DNA from: an uncultured Pseudomonadales bacterium
Lineage (GTDB): Bacteria; Patescibacteriota; Microgenomatia; UBA1400; PJMF01
Direction of reading: 5' to 3'
Length of the DNA: 43,657 nt
NCBI GenBank assembly: GCA_964437755.1
Contig: CAYTIA010000001.1
Span: 1-43,657, forward strand
In this document: in pieces, positions 35,390 to 43,657 of the stretch
How positions within the stretch are numbered: position 1 is the stretch's first letter
How the letters are laid out: the number at the start of each line of letters is the position of its first letter
The notes under the pieces: model-generated
Seen by the model: only the letters and a program-made list of their open reading frames with translations
Told to the model about the DNA's origin: nothing
The model's database searches: none
Program-made: the position numbers and the translations under genes

Positions 35390-36826
35390 TCATTTTAACA
35401 TCATCTTTTGCACTACCACTTGGTCAGTTTTAATCATTGCCTCAGAAATATGACCAATATTTTTTAATGTTTGCTCAATAGATTGAGCTAAAATACCATT
35501 GTCAGTAGGAGTTCTCACTCCTTTCATAGCCAATAACGCACTCTCAACAGCTACACCTGATGCTGTCGCTAATTTTAAAGCACAACCTTCTTTAGCTCCA
35601 TCACAAATCATGCCAGTAATATTCGCCACCACATTTTCCATTGCCCAAGTAATTTCCTTCTCTTTACCCCCAAGGTAATAAGTTAATCCCGCTGAAGCTC
35701 CAACTCCTGCTTTTACAGCACAGCCACACAAAGCTGAAAGTTCTCCAGAATAATAGGCAACGTAAGAGGTAATTAAATGAGATAAAGCCAGTGACTGCAT
35801 TAATCTTATTTTTTGTTCTTCTGAAGATATTTTTAGTTGTTCTGCACCGATCTTATTAGCTACAGCAATAATTGGAACTGTAGCAGTAATACCCTGATTT
35901 CCAGATCCAGCGGTACTCATTGCTGCCAACTTTGCCCCTCCCATTCTGGCATCACCAGCAGCAGCGGACAGTGATTTAGCGTAGTTAACCAGATCATCAG
36001 CTAAAGAGCCATCGTTAATCATCTCCACAAAAGAATATCCTAGCCTTAAACCATGTTTTCCTTCCAGGCCCTTATTGCTAAGCAGTGTATTCATCTCGAT
36101 GTTTTTCTGAAGAAGTTGTTGTGCTTCTTTAGGCAAATCTTGAACAGCCGCCATCATCTCTGACAACGATAGTTTTGATAAAATGTCCAACTGATTGTTC
36201 TCTCCAGCCTCTTGTTCCTCAAAACTATTATCTTCATATAAAACTCCGTTTGAATTAGCAATATAGCTAATATGTGTGTACGACTGAGTAATTCTCGCCT
36301 CAGAAAATTTTACCTCGGATTGTTCGTTGAAAATCATCTTAACTTTTACATTAAGACTTGATTTTCCAGTCCACGAATCTACCACCTCAACCTTGAACTT
36401 GACCCTTGATTTTAATACTTTGGCCTTATTAATAATTTGAGAGTCAACTTGAGAAAAGATCGTCAGCAACTCATCTTTTTGATAATCTTCAATAGAAGAA
36501 AGTATTCCCAAAGATGCAGCAAACTCTATTCCCTTTTCCATTTTTGACAACATGCTGTCTGGCATCGGAAGATTTACTGATTGAGCATTCTTAAAAATAT
36601 TTCTATCAAGCTCAATCTCGACTGTTTCTAAATGATCAAGTAATTTTTTATCATTTTTCTGGAGAGTTTCTTCTTTAACTGAATCATCCAGAAATTTTGG
36701 AACTCTGCCTTGAGCAGCTAAATAAGCCACACTACCAGCCAATCCAATCACCACTACGTCGGTGCATCCAAGGGCTGGCTTAACATTATTTGTTAAAAAT
36801 AAAGAAAGATCTATTTTTTTATCCAT
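35390..36826 (-). CDS. L-cysteine desulfidase-like (CyuA/YhaM, serine dehydratase alpha-like) protein
   Basis: PALGCT, DARMGG, GSGNQG, LSALCGC and GMICDGAKEGCALK motifs. Confidence 0.85.
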   Translation of the reverse strand: MDKKIDLSLFLTNNVKPALGCTDVVVIGLAGSVAYLAAQGRVPKFLDDSVKEETLQKNDKKLLDHLETVEIELDRNIFKNAQSVNLPMPDSMLSKMEKGIEFAASLGILSSIEDYQKDELLTIFSQVDSQIINKAKVLKSRVKFKVEVVDSWTGKSSLNVKVKMIFNEQSEVKFSEARITQSYTHISYIANSNGVLYEDNSFEEQEAGENNQLDILSKLSLSEMMAAVQDLPKEAQQLLQKNIEMNTLLSNKGLEGKHGLRLGYSFVEMINDGSLADDLVNYAKSLSAAAGDARMGGAKLAAMSTAGSGNQGITATVPIIAVANKIGAEQLKISSEEQKIRLMQSLALSHLITSYVAYYSGELSALCGCAVKAGVGASAGLTYYLGGKEKEITWAMENVVANITGMICDGAKEGCALKLATASGVAVESALLAMKGVRTPTDNGILAQSIEQTLKNIGHISEAMIKTDQVVVQKMMLK

Positions 36827-36896
36827 AATCGACCATTATATAGTTAAATTTAGTAAATATATTGATTACACATACGCAATCTACTATTATTAATAC

Positions 36897-37715
36897 ATGA
36901 ATTCAAAAAAAGCTGGCTTTACTTTAATTGAAATTCTAATTATTGTTGTCATTTTTGCCATCGTCGCCATTGCTGTAATCTCTGCAATTAACCCCACGGA
37001 GCTCATTAATCGAGGTAGAGATACCAGCACGCTTCAAGCCGTTTCACAAACTTACTCTGCAGCAATTAGAAGCAATACTATTCGGGGTAATTTTCCCATT
37101 GAATCAGATCTTTCTGGAGTAGCATTAAATTCACAAGATGGTCTTGCTTTTATTGATAAGTTACTCGAAACAGATGAGATCAAAGAAAGTTTCTCAAACA
37201 ACCAAGAATTAAATAATATTTTTCTTTCGGCAAAGGTTGAGAGTCAACAAATATATTTATGTTTTCAACCAAAATCACAGGCATTTTACAATCATCCCCT
37301 GAGTGGTTATGACAAATTTGGACAGGAGATTGAGCAATGCTTTGCGAACGAGTGCTATGTGTGTGTTAATGGAGATAACATCAGCCTCATTGGTCAACCG
37401 ATAGATCCTGGTGCAAGTAGACCAACTCCAACACCGGCTCCTCCGCCAGAAATTGCCTGGCACAGAGCCACCACTGGAAACAACTGCAATGATTATTGCC
37501 GCTCAATTGGAAAATCGTGTACAGAAGAAGAAGGAAGCTGTCCAGTTTTTTGTTTTGTGACTTCTGGAGGAAATCAGGTAGAAGCCAGATGGGCAGACAT
37601 CTTTGGTATTAAAGATCCTGCCACAGGTTATTCTTGTTGGGGTTCTTATTCTTGTTCTACAACATTTAAATACGTTCCCCTAGCTGTTTTTAATGCTAGA
37701 TGTTGTTGCAAATAA
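36897..37715 (+). CDS. Type IV pilin-like protein with Cys-rich C-terminal domain
   Basis: Class III signal KKAG|FTLIEILIIVVI, Pro-rich linker and Cys-rich tail ending RCCCK. Confidence 0.85.
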   Translation: MNSKKAGFTLIEILIIVVIFAIVAIAVISAINPTELINRGRDTSTLQAVSQTYSAAIRSNTIRGNFPIESDLSGVALNSQDGLAFIDKLLETDEIKESFSNNQELNNIFLSAKVESQQIYLCFQPKSQAFYNHPLSGYDKFGQEIEQCFANECYVCVNGDNISLIGQPIDPGASRPTPTPAPPPEIAWHRATTGNNCNDYCRSIGKSCTEEEGSCPVFCFVTSGGNQVEARWADIFGIKDPATGYSCWGSYSCSTTFKYVPLAVFNARCCCK

Positions 37716-37734
37716 TTAATTATTAATATCATCT

Positions 37735-38130
37735 ATGAATCCACTACTTCTAATTATCGGCTTATTACTTTCAGGTTTTGGCATTTACACTTTCAACAAA
37801 AATCAAAAATTAGCTAAGAATGGTGTAAAAACCATGGCGAAGGTTATTGATATCAGTGAGCAAACAGATACCGACTCCGAAGGGTTTAGTTCAAAATCTT
37901 ATTACCCAGTTTTAGAATTTGTTGATCAAGATTCAAAAAAACATACCTTTAAAGGAAATGTCGGTGGTGGAAAAAGAAAATATCACCTAGATCAAGAGGT
38001 TGAGATTATTTTTGATCCAACCCATCCAGAACAAGCGCAAATGAAAAGCTTTGTAACTCAGTGGATCATGCCAATAGTCATTATTATTGTGGGTGTAATG
38101 CTTGTTGTGGGTGGAGTTGTTAGTAATTAG
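37735..38130 (+). CDS. DUF3592-like membrane protein
   Basis: TM-beta domain-TM layout with YYPVLEF and VEIIFDPTHP. Confidence 0.75.
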   Translation: MNPLLLIIGLLLSGFGIYTFNKNQKLAKNGVKTMAKVIDISEQTDTDSEGFSSKSYYPVLEFVDQDSKKHTFKGNVGGGKRKYHLDQEVEIIFDPTHPEQAQMKSFVTQWIMPIVIIIVGVMLVVGGVVSN

Positions 38131-38135
38131 GATAT

Positions 38136-38345
38136 ATGAGCGAAATTGATGGTATCAAGCTAAGACAGATTGAGAGTGAGACGCGCAGTGCTTTTAGAGC
38201 TCTGTTTACAAATGGATATGAAATTACAAATGTCACTGACACGGCAGTAACTGCTATAGTACAAACTGCCAACGGTCCTTTTGAAATCACATTCAACCCC
38301 ATTACAAGACATATTGAGAAGATGATAAGAGTGGATTACAAGTAA
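38136..38345 (+). CDS. Small hypothetical protein
   Basis: 69-aa ORF starting 5 nt after the upstream stop, with AGGA RBS. Confidence 0.55.
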   Translation: MSEIDGIKLRQIESETRSAFRALFTNGYEITNVTDTAVTAIVQTANGPFEITFNPITRHIEKMIRVDYK

Positions 38346-38365
38346 ATGCTTGTCCGTGAAATTTT

Positions 38366-38794
38366 CTATTCTTGTTTACTACCAACTCTCATTCCCAAAT
38401 AAATACTTTTTGGTACAATAACTCCCTCTGCATTAACCTCTCCAAAAGCCGTTATGTACTCTCCAGTAACTAAGTCGTTAAGAGTTCCTACCACTGTTTT
38501 ATTAATTAAGGTATTAGCAGAAACAATCATAAGCTTACTACCACCATTAGGAAGACTAATGGAAAGTAATTCTCCATCAAGATTAATTATTTCCCCCATA
38601 ATTACATCTTCTCCAGCTGGATTACTCTCAGGTCTTAACATTACTCTCTCTCCTTTTTGCCTCATCTCTGGAAAGTCTCCAGATTGTCTATTAGAAGTTA
38701 ACGTTTTTTGTTGATACTTCACTCCTCCAAAAAAACTTCCCACTCCAACCATCAACATCACTAAACAAGAAATGATTAAGTTTTTATTCGTCAT
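38366..38794 (-). CDS. Membrane-anchored OB-fold-like protein (DUF5666-like) of the efflux operon
   Basis: TM ending FFGGVKYQ; GEIINLDG...DLVTGEYITAFG pattern. Confidence 0.6.
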   Translation of the reverse strand: MTNKNLIISCLVMLMVGVGSFFGGVKYQQKTLTSNRQSGDFPEMRQKGERVMLRPESNPAGEDVIMGEIINLDGELLSISLPNGGSKLMIVSANTLINKTVVGTLNDLVTGEYITAFGEVNAEGVIVPKSIYLGMRVGSKQE

Positions 38795-38816
38795 TTTTTT
38801 AAAAACTAATTATTAA

Positions 38817-40037
38817 TTACTCGTAACGTAAAGCTTCAATGGGTTGCAGATCGGCTGCTTTATTGGCAGGATACCATCCAAAAATTATGCCAATTAAGGT
38901 CGACACCATAAAAGCCAATAAAACAGATTTTGTTGAAACGGAAAAAACAGAGCCAACAGATAATGAATATATATACGAAACAAATATTCCCAACAAAATA
39001 CCTAAAACACCGCCAGCAAAAGTTAATATCACCGACTCAATTAAAAACTGCAAAGTGATAAGTTTTTTTTTAGCTCCTAAAGCTTTCCTTAAACCAATTT
39101 CTCGAGTACGCTCAGTGACCGTCACTAACATAATATTCATTATCCCAATGCCTCCAACTAACAATGAAATAGCAGCAACTCCTGATAACATTGAGGTAAA
39201 TGTACCGCTAACTGCGGTAGCAGCTTCCAAGATGTCTTCTTGAGAAATAATGGTAAAGTCAGCCAAAGAAGGATCAGAAATTTTATGTCTTTCTAAAAGT
39301 AAATAACCCACTTGATTTTGGGCTCGTGTCATAACTTCTTGAGAGCTAGTTTCAAGATAAATATTGCTCACATAATCAACTCCATAGAGTTGTTTTTGAG
39401 CTGTAGTTAATGGGACATAAATAACATCATCAAAATTCATAGGACCAGAACCACCTTTTGCCTCAGTGACTCCAATAACCAAAAAAGATTGTCCTTCAAC
39501 TCTAATTGAGCTACCCACTGGATTTGCCCCTTCGAATAGATCTTCAACTACCTGAGGACCAAGAACTGCCACTTTACTCAACTGACTTAAATGTTCTTGG
39601 TTAATAAAACTACCAGATTGGATCTCTATTTTTCTAACATGAGAATAACTTGGAGTAATACCCATAATTTGAGTGTTGGTATTGTTTCTACCAGCAATTA
39701 CCTGAGATCTTCCTGAATAACTTGGAGCAACATTTGAAACTGTTGTTACTAACGATGATTCATCTATTGCTAGAGCATCGGCATAGGTGAGCGTTGTTCC
39801 CCCTCCAAACGCCCCCCTTACGCCGCTGGTTGTTTGAGCTATTGGCGAAATAGTTAATAGATTTGCTCCTATTGACTGAATCTGAGATTGGACAGCTTTT
39901 TGACTTGACTCTCCTAAAGAAATTAGCGATATCACACTGCCAATACCAATCACAATTCCCAAAATAGCTAAACCTGTCCGGATCTTATTAACCACAAGTG
40001 TAGCAATAGCTTCGATAATAAGTTCGTAAATTTCCAT
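38817..40037 (-). CDS. MacB/FtsX-family ABC permease
   Basis: LGIVIGIGSV, VGGIGIMNIMLVTVTERTREIGLRKALGA and PIEALRYE motifs. Confidence 0.93.
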   Translation of the reverse strand: MEIYELIIEAIATLVVNKIRTGLAILGIVIGIGSVISLISLGESSQKAVQSQIQSIGANLLTISPIAQTTSGVRGAFGGGTTLTYADALAIDESSLVTTVSNVAPSYSGRSQVIAGRNNTNTQIMGITPSYSHVRKIEIQSGSFINQEHLSQLSKVAVLGPQVVEDLFEGANPVGSSIRVEGQSFLVIGVTEAKGGSGPMNFDDVIYVPLTTAQKQLYGVDYVSNIYLETSSQEVMTRAQNQVGYLLLERHKISDPSLADFTIISQEDILEAATAVSGTFTSMLSGVAAISLLVGGIGIMNIMLVTVTERTREIGLRKALGAKKKLITLQFLIESVILTFAGGVLGILLGIFVSYIYSLSVGSVFSVSTKSVLLAFMVSTLIGIIFGWYPANKAADLQPIEALRYE

Positions 40038-40046
40038 TATTTGTGA

Positions 40047-40775
40047 TTAAACATCTTGTTTTATTTTTGCTTTAGCTAACTTCTGATTGAGATTAATTGA
40101 ATCGTCAATAATCTCTCCATCTCGAATAGAAATAATTCTCTTGGCATGATTGGCAATCTCTTGTTCATGAGTAATCATCACAATGGTGTGACCGCGATGA
40201 TTCAAGTCCTGAAAAATTTCCATAATTTCTATTGCTTGATTAGATGCAATATTGCCAGTTGGTTCATCAGCCAATAATAAAGTTGGATTTAGAGACAACC
40301 CTCTAGCAATTGCTACTCTTTGTTGTTGGCCACCAGAAAGCTGGTTTGAGTTATGGTTAGCTCTATTTTCTAAACCAACCATTTTTAATAAGTTAATCGC
40401 TCTTTTTTTTCTTTCTTCTTTGGATATACCAGCATAGGCCATCGGCAGCATTACATTTTTTATAGATGATGTTCTGGACAACAAGTTATAAGCTTGAAAA
40501 ATAAAACCTATTTTTTGATTTCGAATCTCAGCCAGTTCATCTTCAGACAATGAAATTATATTTTTCCCATCAATAGCATAATCACCAGTTGTTGGTAGAT
40601 CCAAAGCACCTAATATATGCATTAAGGTTGATTTTCCAGAACCGGAAGGACCCATAATAGCTACAAATTCACCACGATAAATGGAAAATGAAACATCTTT
40701 CAAAGCTAAAGTCTCGATTTTTCCAAGATTATAAATCTTTGACAGATGAGACACTTTAATAATTGGATCTTTCAT
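40047..40775 (-). CDS. ABC ATP-binding protein (MacB/LolD-like)
   Basis: [22 protein letters not shown] and ADEPTGN motifs. Confidence 0.93.
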   Translation of the reverse strand: MKDPIIKVSHLSKIYNLGKIETLALKDVSFSIYRGEFVAIMGPSGSGKSTLMHILGALDLPTTGDYAIDGKNIISLSEDELAEIRNQKIGFIFQAYNLLSRTSSIKNVMLPMAYAGISKEERKKRAINLLKMVGLENRANHNSNQLSGGQQQRVAIARGLSLNPTLLLADEPTGNIASNQAIEIMEIFQDLNHRGHTIVMITHEQEIANHAKRIISIRDGEIIDDSINLNQKLAKAKIKQDV

Positions 40776-40806
40776 TAAACTTTCTTGATAAAAACTACAT
40801 TAAAAA

Positions 40807-42240
40807 TTATCTGATCATCATTTGAGTCATCCCTCCAGGAGCACCCCCTTGCCCTCCAGTTAAACCTCTAGTTGATGTGCCCGTGCTACCAAAAACTGAA
40901 CTTTCGTTAGAGTTTTTTACTGAATCATCATTATTTAAACTGGAGATAACTTGAGCAATAACCTCATCACCTTCTGATAATCCAGATTTAATAATCATTT
41001 TTGTACCATTGCTTTCACCCACTTCTACTTCAACAGAGGTAGGTTGTCCATCTTTCATTATTTGCACCATTGAGCCTGCAGCTGTTTTAACAGCAGAACT
41101 TGGCACTAACAAAACGTCAGAATAAATCTCTGTAATAATTTCTACATTTACTGCCATATTTGGATAAATATTCGCTGTTGAAGGATCGATTAAAATTGTT
41201 ACTGGATAGGTAGTCACACCTGAATTAGATGAACCGCTGGTGTCAATTGTTAGCACCTTTCCAACAAACTGCATTTGTGAGAATGCATCAATAGTCAAAG
41301 AAACTTTCTGATTCGCTTTTACATTAACAATATCAATTTCTGTTAAATTAATGGTTGCTTGTAGTTGCCCGTCTTTATCTTCAACTTGACCAATTTTTTG
41401 TGAAGAAATAACTAATCCTGAATCAGTTGAACTTGCATTTGAGCTGGAAGAGTTTGATGATTGATTGCTATTCTCAATTACTGCTCCTGGAATCAGAGCA
41501 ATGTTGCTAACCACTCCTGAAGAAGGGGCTATAATAATCGTAGAAAGTTCTTGGTAATCTTTATAAGCTGATGCTATTTTTGCTTTAGCTAATTGAATTT
41601 CAGAGTCAGCATTTTTGTATTTTAGCTCAGCTTCAGAAAAAACCAATTGAGCGCGCTCCAATGATTTATCAATAATTACTTTCTGCGTATCGGTATATTC
41701 TTCATTTGTGTTTGGATCAATTAAATTGTTATTCTTGTGGTCAATGTCATCTTCAGCATCAAGAATATCCTGTTTAGCTTGCCACATAGCAATATCTGCC
41801 GTAGCTTTATTTTTTTGGGCAGTTAGCAAACCTTCTTTTGCGTCAAGATAAGCTACCCACGCAGTGGCACGCTGTTCCTGAGAATATTCGTCTAAAATAA
41901 TCTCGGCGATTTTATCTCCTCTATTAACAACATCTCCATTAGTTACAAAAACAGACCCAATTTTTCCTGATGCTCCAGTTGTAATATCAGTGCTATTGCC
42001 TGATGATATTACTCCTGATCCAGTAATTGTCTTTATTAGAGTTCCTTTTTCTACTGAGGTGGTTAAATATTCAACTTCATCTTTTGAGGAGGCTGTAAGC
42101 TTTGAACCCACTAACCACAAACTACTAATTCCAATTATCATTAAAATTATTACTGTCTTTGGTTTAGATTTAACTAATTGTGATAAAAGATTTAGTTTCT
42201 TTCCAAAAAGTTTATGTAGGTCAAAAAAATATCTTTTCAT
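40807..42240 (-). CDS. Efflux membrane-fusion (HlyD/MacA-like) adaptor
   Basis: N-terminal TM, lipoyl half-motifs (VTNGDVVNRGD, IIAPSSGVV), coiled coil and LLVPSSAV. Confidence 0.88.
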   Translation of the reverse strand: MKRYFFDLHKLFGKKLNLLSQLVKSKPKTVIILMIIGISSLWLVGSKLTASSKDEVEYLTTSVEKGTLIKTITGSGVISSGNSTDITTGASGKIGSVFVTNGDVVNRGDKIAEIILDEYSQEQRATAWVAYLDAKEGLLTAQKNKATADIAMWQAKQDILDAEDDIDHKNNNLIDPNTNEEYTDTQKVIIDKSLERAQLVFSEAELKYKNADSEIQLAKAKIASAYKDYQELSTIIIAPSSGVVSNIALIPGAVIENSNQSSNSSSSNASSTDSGLVISSQKIGQVEDKDGQLQATINLTEIDIVNVKANQKVSLTIDAFSQMQFVGKVLTIDTSGSSNSGVTTYPVTILIDPSTANIYPNMAVNVEIITEIYSDVLLVPSSAVKTAAGSMVQIMKDGQPTSVEVEVGESNGTKMIIKSGLSEGDEVIAQVISSLNNDDSVKNSNESSVFGSTGTSTRGLTGGQGGAPGGMTQMMIR

Positions 42241-42263
42241 GAAATGAATCTTATTATTTTAAG

Positions 42264-42333
42264 TTGAGAAATCGTTGAATTTTTTGCAACTGCCAATTTT
42301 ATGCAAAAAAAATTATTCTCAATCAATTCTCAA
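42264..42333. promoter_or_regulatory. Candidate OmpR-type tandem binding sites between divergent efflux and two-component operons
   Basis: ATTCTCAA at 42315 and 42326 (11-bp period); inverted TTGAGAA/TTGAAT pair at 42264 and 42275. Confidence 0.55.
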
Positions 42334-42355
42334 GAAAACGATATAATATAGTTAA

Positions 42356-43033
42356 ATGAAAATTCTGGTTATCGAGGACGAAAAAAAAGTTGCCAAATAC
42401 ATAAAAAAAGGGCTCGAACTAAAAACCCATAGTATAGATATCGCGTTAGATGGTGAGACAGGATTAGATTTGGCCTTAGACGAAAATTATGAGTTAATAA
42501 TTCTTGACAGAATGTTACCAAAAATAGATGGTATTAAAATCTGCCAACAACTAAGAACTTCTAATATAAAAACTCCAATCTTAATGTTAACTGCCAAAAA
42601 TGAAATTGTTGATCGAGTTGAAGGTTTGAATTGTGGAGTTGATGATTATTTGGGAAAACCGTTTTCTTTTGACGAACTGTTGGCAAGAATTAACGCTCTT
42701 GGTAGACGACCCTCACAGTTAACAAATAATCAACTAAAAGAAGATAGTTTGACGTTAGATGTTTTAAATTTTGAGGTGAAACGAGCTAATAAAAAAATTG
42801 ATTTAAGTAAAAGAGAATTTTCCTTGCTCGAATATCTAATGCGCCACAAAGGACAGGTACTCAGCAAAAACCAAATCACAGAACAGGTATGGAGCTATGA
42901 AAGTGATGTTTTGCCCAATACTGCGCAAGTGTATCTTGGTTATTTAAGAAAGAAAATTGACCAAGCTTTTCCTAAAGAGACTCCCCTGATTCACACCATT
43001 AGAGGTTTTGGCTATAAATTTGGTAAAAAATAA
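42356..43033 (+). CDS. OmpR-family response regulator
   Basis: IEDE, ILDRMLP, DDYLGKPF and TIRGFGY motifs. Confidence 0.93.
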   Translation: MKILVIEDEKKVAKYIKKGLELKTHSIDIALDGETGLDLALDENYELIILDRMLPKIDGIKICQQLRTSNIKTPILMLTAKNEIVDRVEGLNCGVDDYLGKPFSFDELLARINALGRRPSQLTNNQLKEDSLTLDVLNFEVKRANKKIDLSKREFSLLEYLMRHKGQVLSKNQITEQVWSYESDVLPNTAQVYLGYLRKKIDQAFPKETPLIHTIRGFGYKFGKK

Positions 43034-43040
43034 CTTCGCA

Positions 43041-43657
43041 ATGAACACATTCTCATCAGCTAGAGTGAAATTAACCGTTTGGTACACACTAGTTTTGGCT
43101 GTCATCAGTATTGGATTGAGTAGTCTTTATTATCTGAGGACATTACAAATAATAGAGATACAATACCACCAATTAAACAGAAGGCTTTCAGGTCAACCAG
43201 GACAAATGAAAGTTCCAAGACAATCGTCTCAAGAATGGACTCTTCCTGAAAATCATCAAGAAATTCTCTCATCTGAGTTTAATAGTATCCGTTCCGAGCT
43301 GTTTCAAAAAATATTAACTATCAATCTTCTAATAATTATTGCTGGAGCAGGAGGAAGTTTGATATTATCGGGAAAAACATTACACCCAATTAAACTCGCT
43401 CTTGATAAGCAAAAACAGTTTGTGACTGATGCAGCTCACGAATTAAAAACACCCTTAACAGCTTTGCAAACTTCAATTGAAGTGAACTTAATGGATAAAA
43501 AGATTAATCAAGACACAAAAAGGGTTCTTAAAGAAAATCTAGAAGATGTCGCGCAGCTTAATTCTCTTACTACTCGTTTATTGCAATTATCTCATGCAGA
43601 AGAGAATGGTCTACCTAGAAATAGAAAAGCAGTTGATTTATTAGTGATTTCTGAATT
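43041..43657 (+). CDS. Sensor histidine kinase (partial, runs off the window end)
   Basis: ATG 43041 (MNTFSSARVKLTVWY); two TM segments; H-box FVTDAAHELKTPLT; open to the window end. Confidence 0.88.
   Translation, partial: MNTFSSARVKLTVWYTLVLAVISIGLSSLYYLRTLQIIEIQYHQLNRRLSGQPGQMKVPRQSSQEWTLPENHQEILSSEFNSIRSELFQKILTINLLIIIAGAGGSLILSGKTLHPIKLALDKQKQFVTDAAHELKTPLTALQTSIEVNLMDKKINQDTKRVLKENLEDVAQLNSLTTRLLQLSHAEENGLPRNRKAVDLLVISE

Noticed and set aside
38839-39243. 134-aa plus-strand ORF, and similar short antisense ORFs throughout the track
   Set aside because: Fully antisense to or nested in well-supported genes; treated as shadow ORFs.
1-43657. CRISPR array, rRNA, IS transposase, reverse transcriptase or phage structural genes
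   Set aside because: No regularly spaced repeats or diagnostic motifs were seen by eye.

Overview
AT-rich bacterial chromosomal window. The gene repertoire (several GT-C glycosyltransferases, a Pro/Thr-rich exported protein, a pilin, probable leaderless genes) suggests a Patescibacteria/CPR organism, probably Microgenomates-like; this is an inference. The centre holds a ~15 kb integrative defence island inserted at the 3' end of tRNA-Ser(GGA) (6452-6534) and bounded by the direct repeat CACCTCCGCA (6527-6536 and 21664-21673). The island carries a large serine recombinase whose att site lies inside its own 3' end, a replication-type ATPase, an Abi-alpha-like/cytidine deaminase pair, a CBASS system (CD-NTase + S-4TM effector) divergent from an XRE/ImmA-like regulator pair, a candidate structured RNA and a restriction-modification locus with two methylases. 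Further att-like scars and a recombinase remnant point to repeated integrations. The flanks contain a candidate His-codon attenuator upstream of an M20 peptidase, a CsoR-regulated exported metallothionein-like protein, ABC transporters, two two-component systems, thiol-redox genes, a cysteine desulfidase-ridA-DUF62 cluster and a Cys-rich pilin. All family calls come from motif recognition by eye, not database searches.
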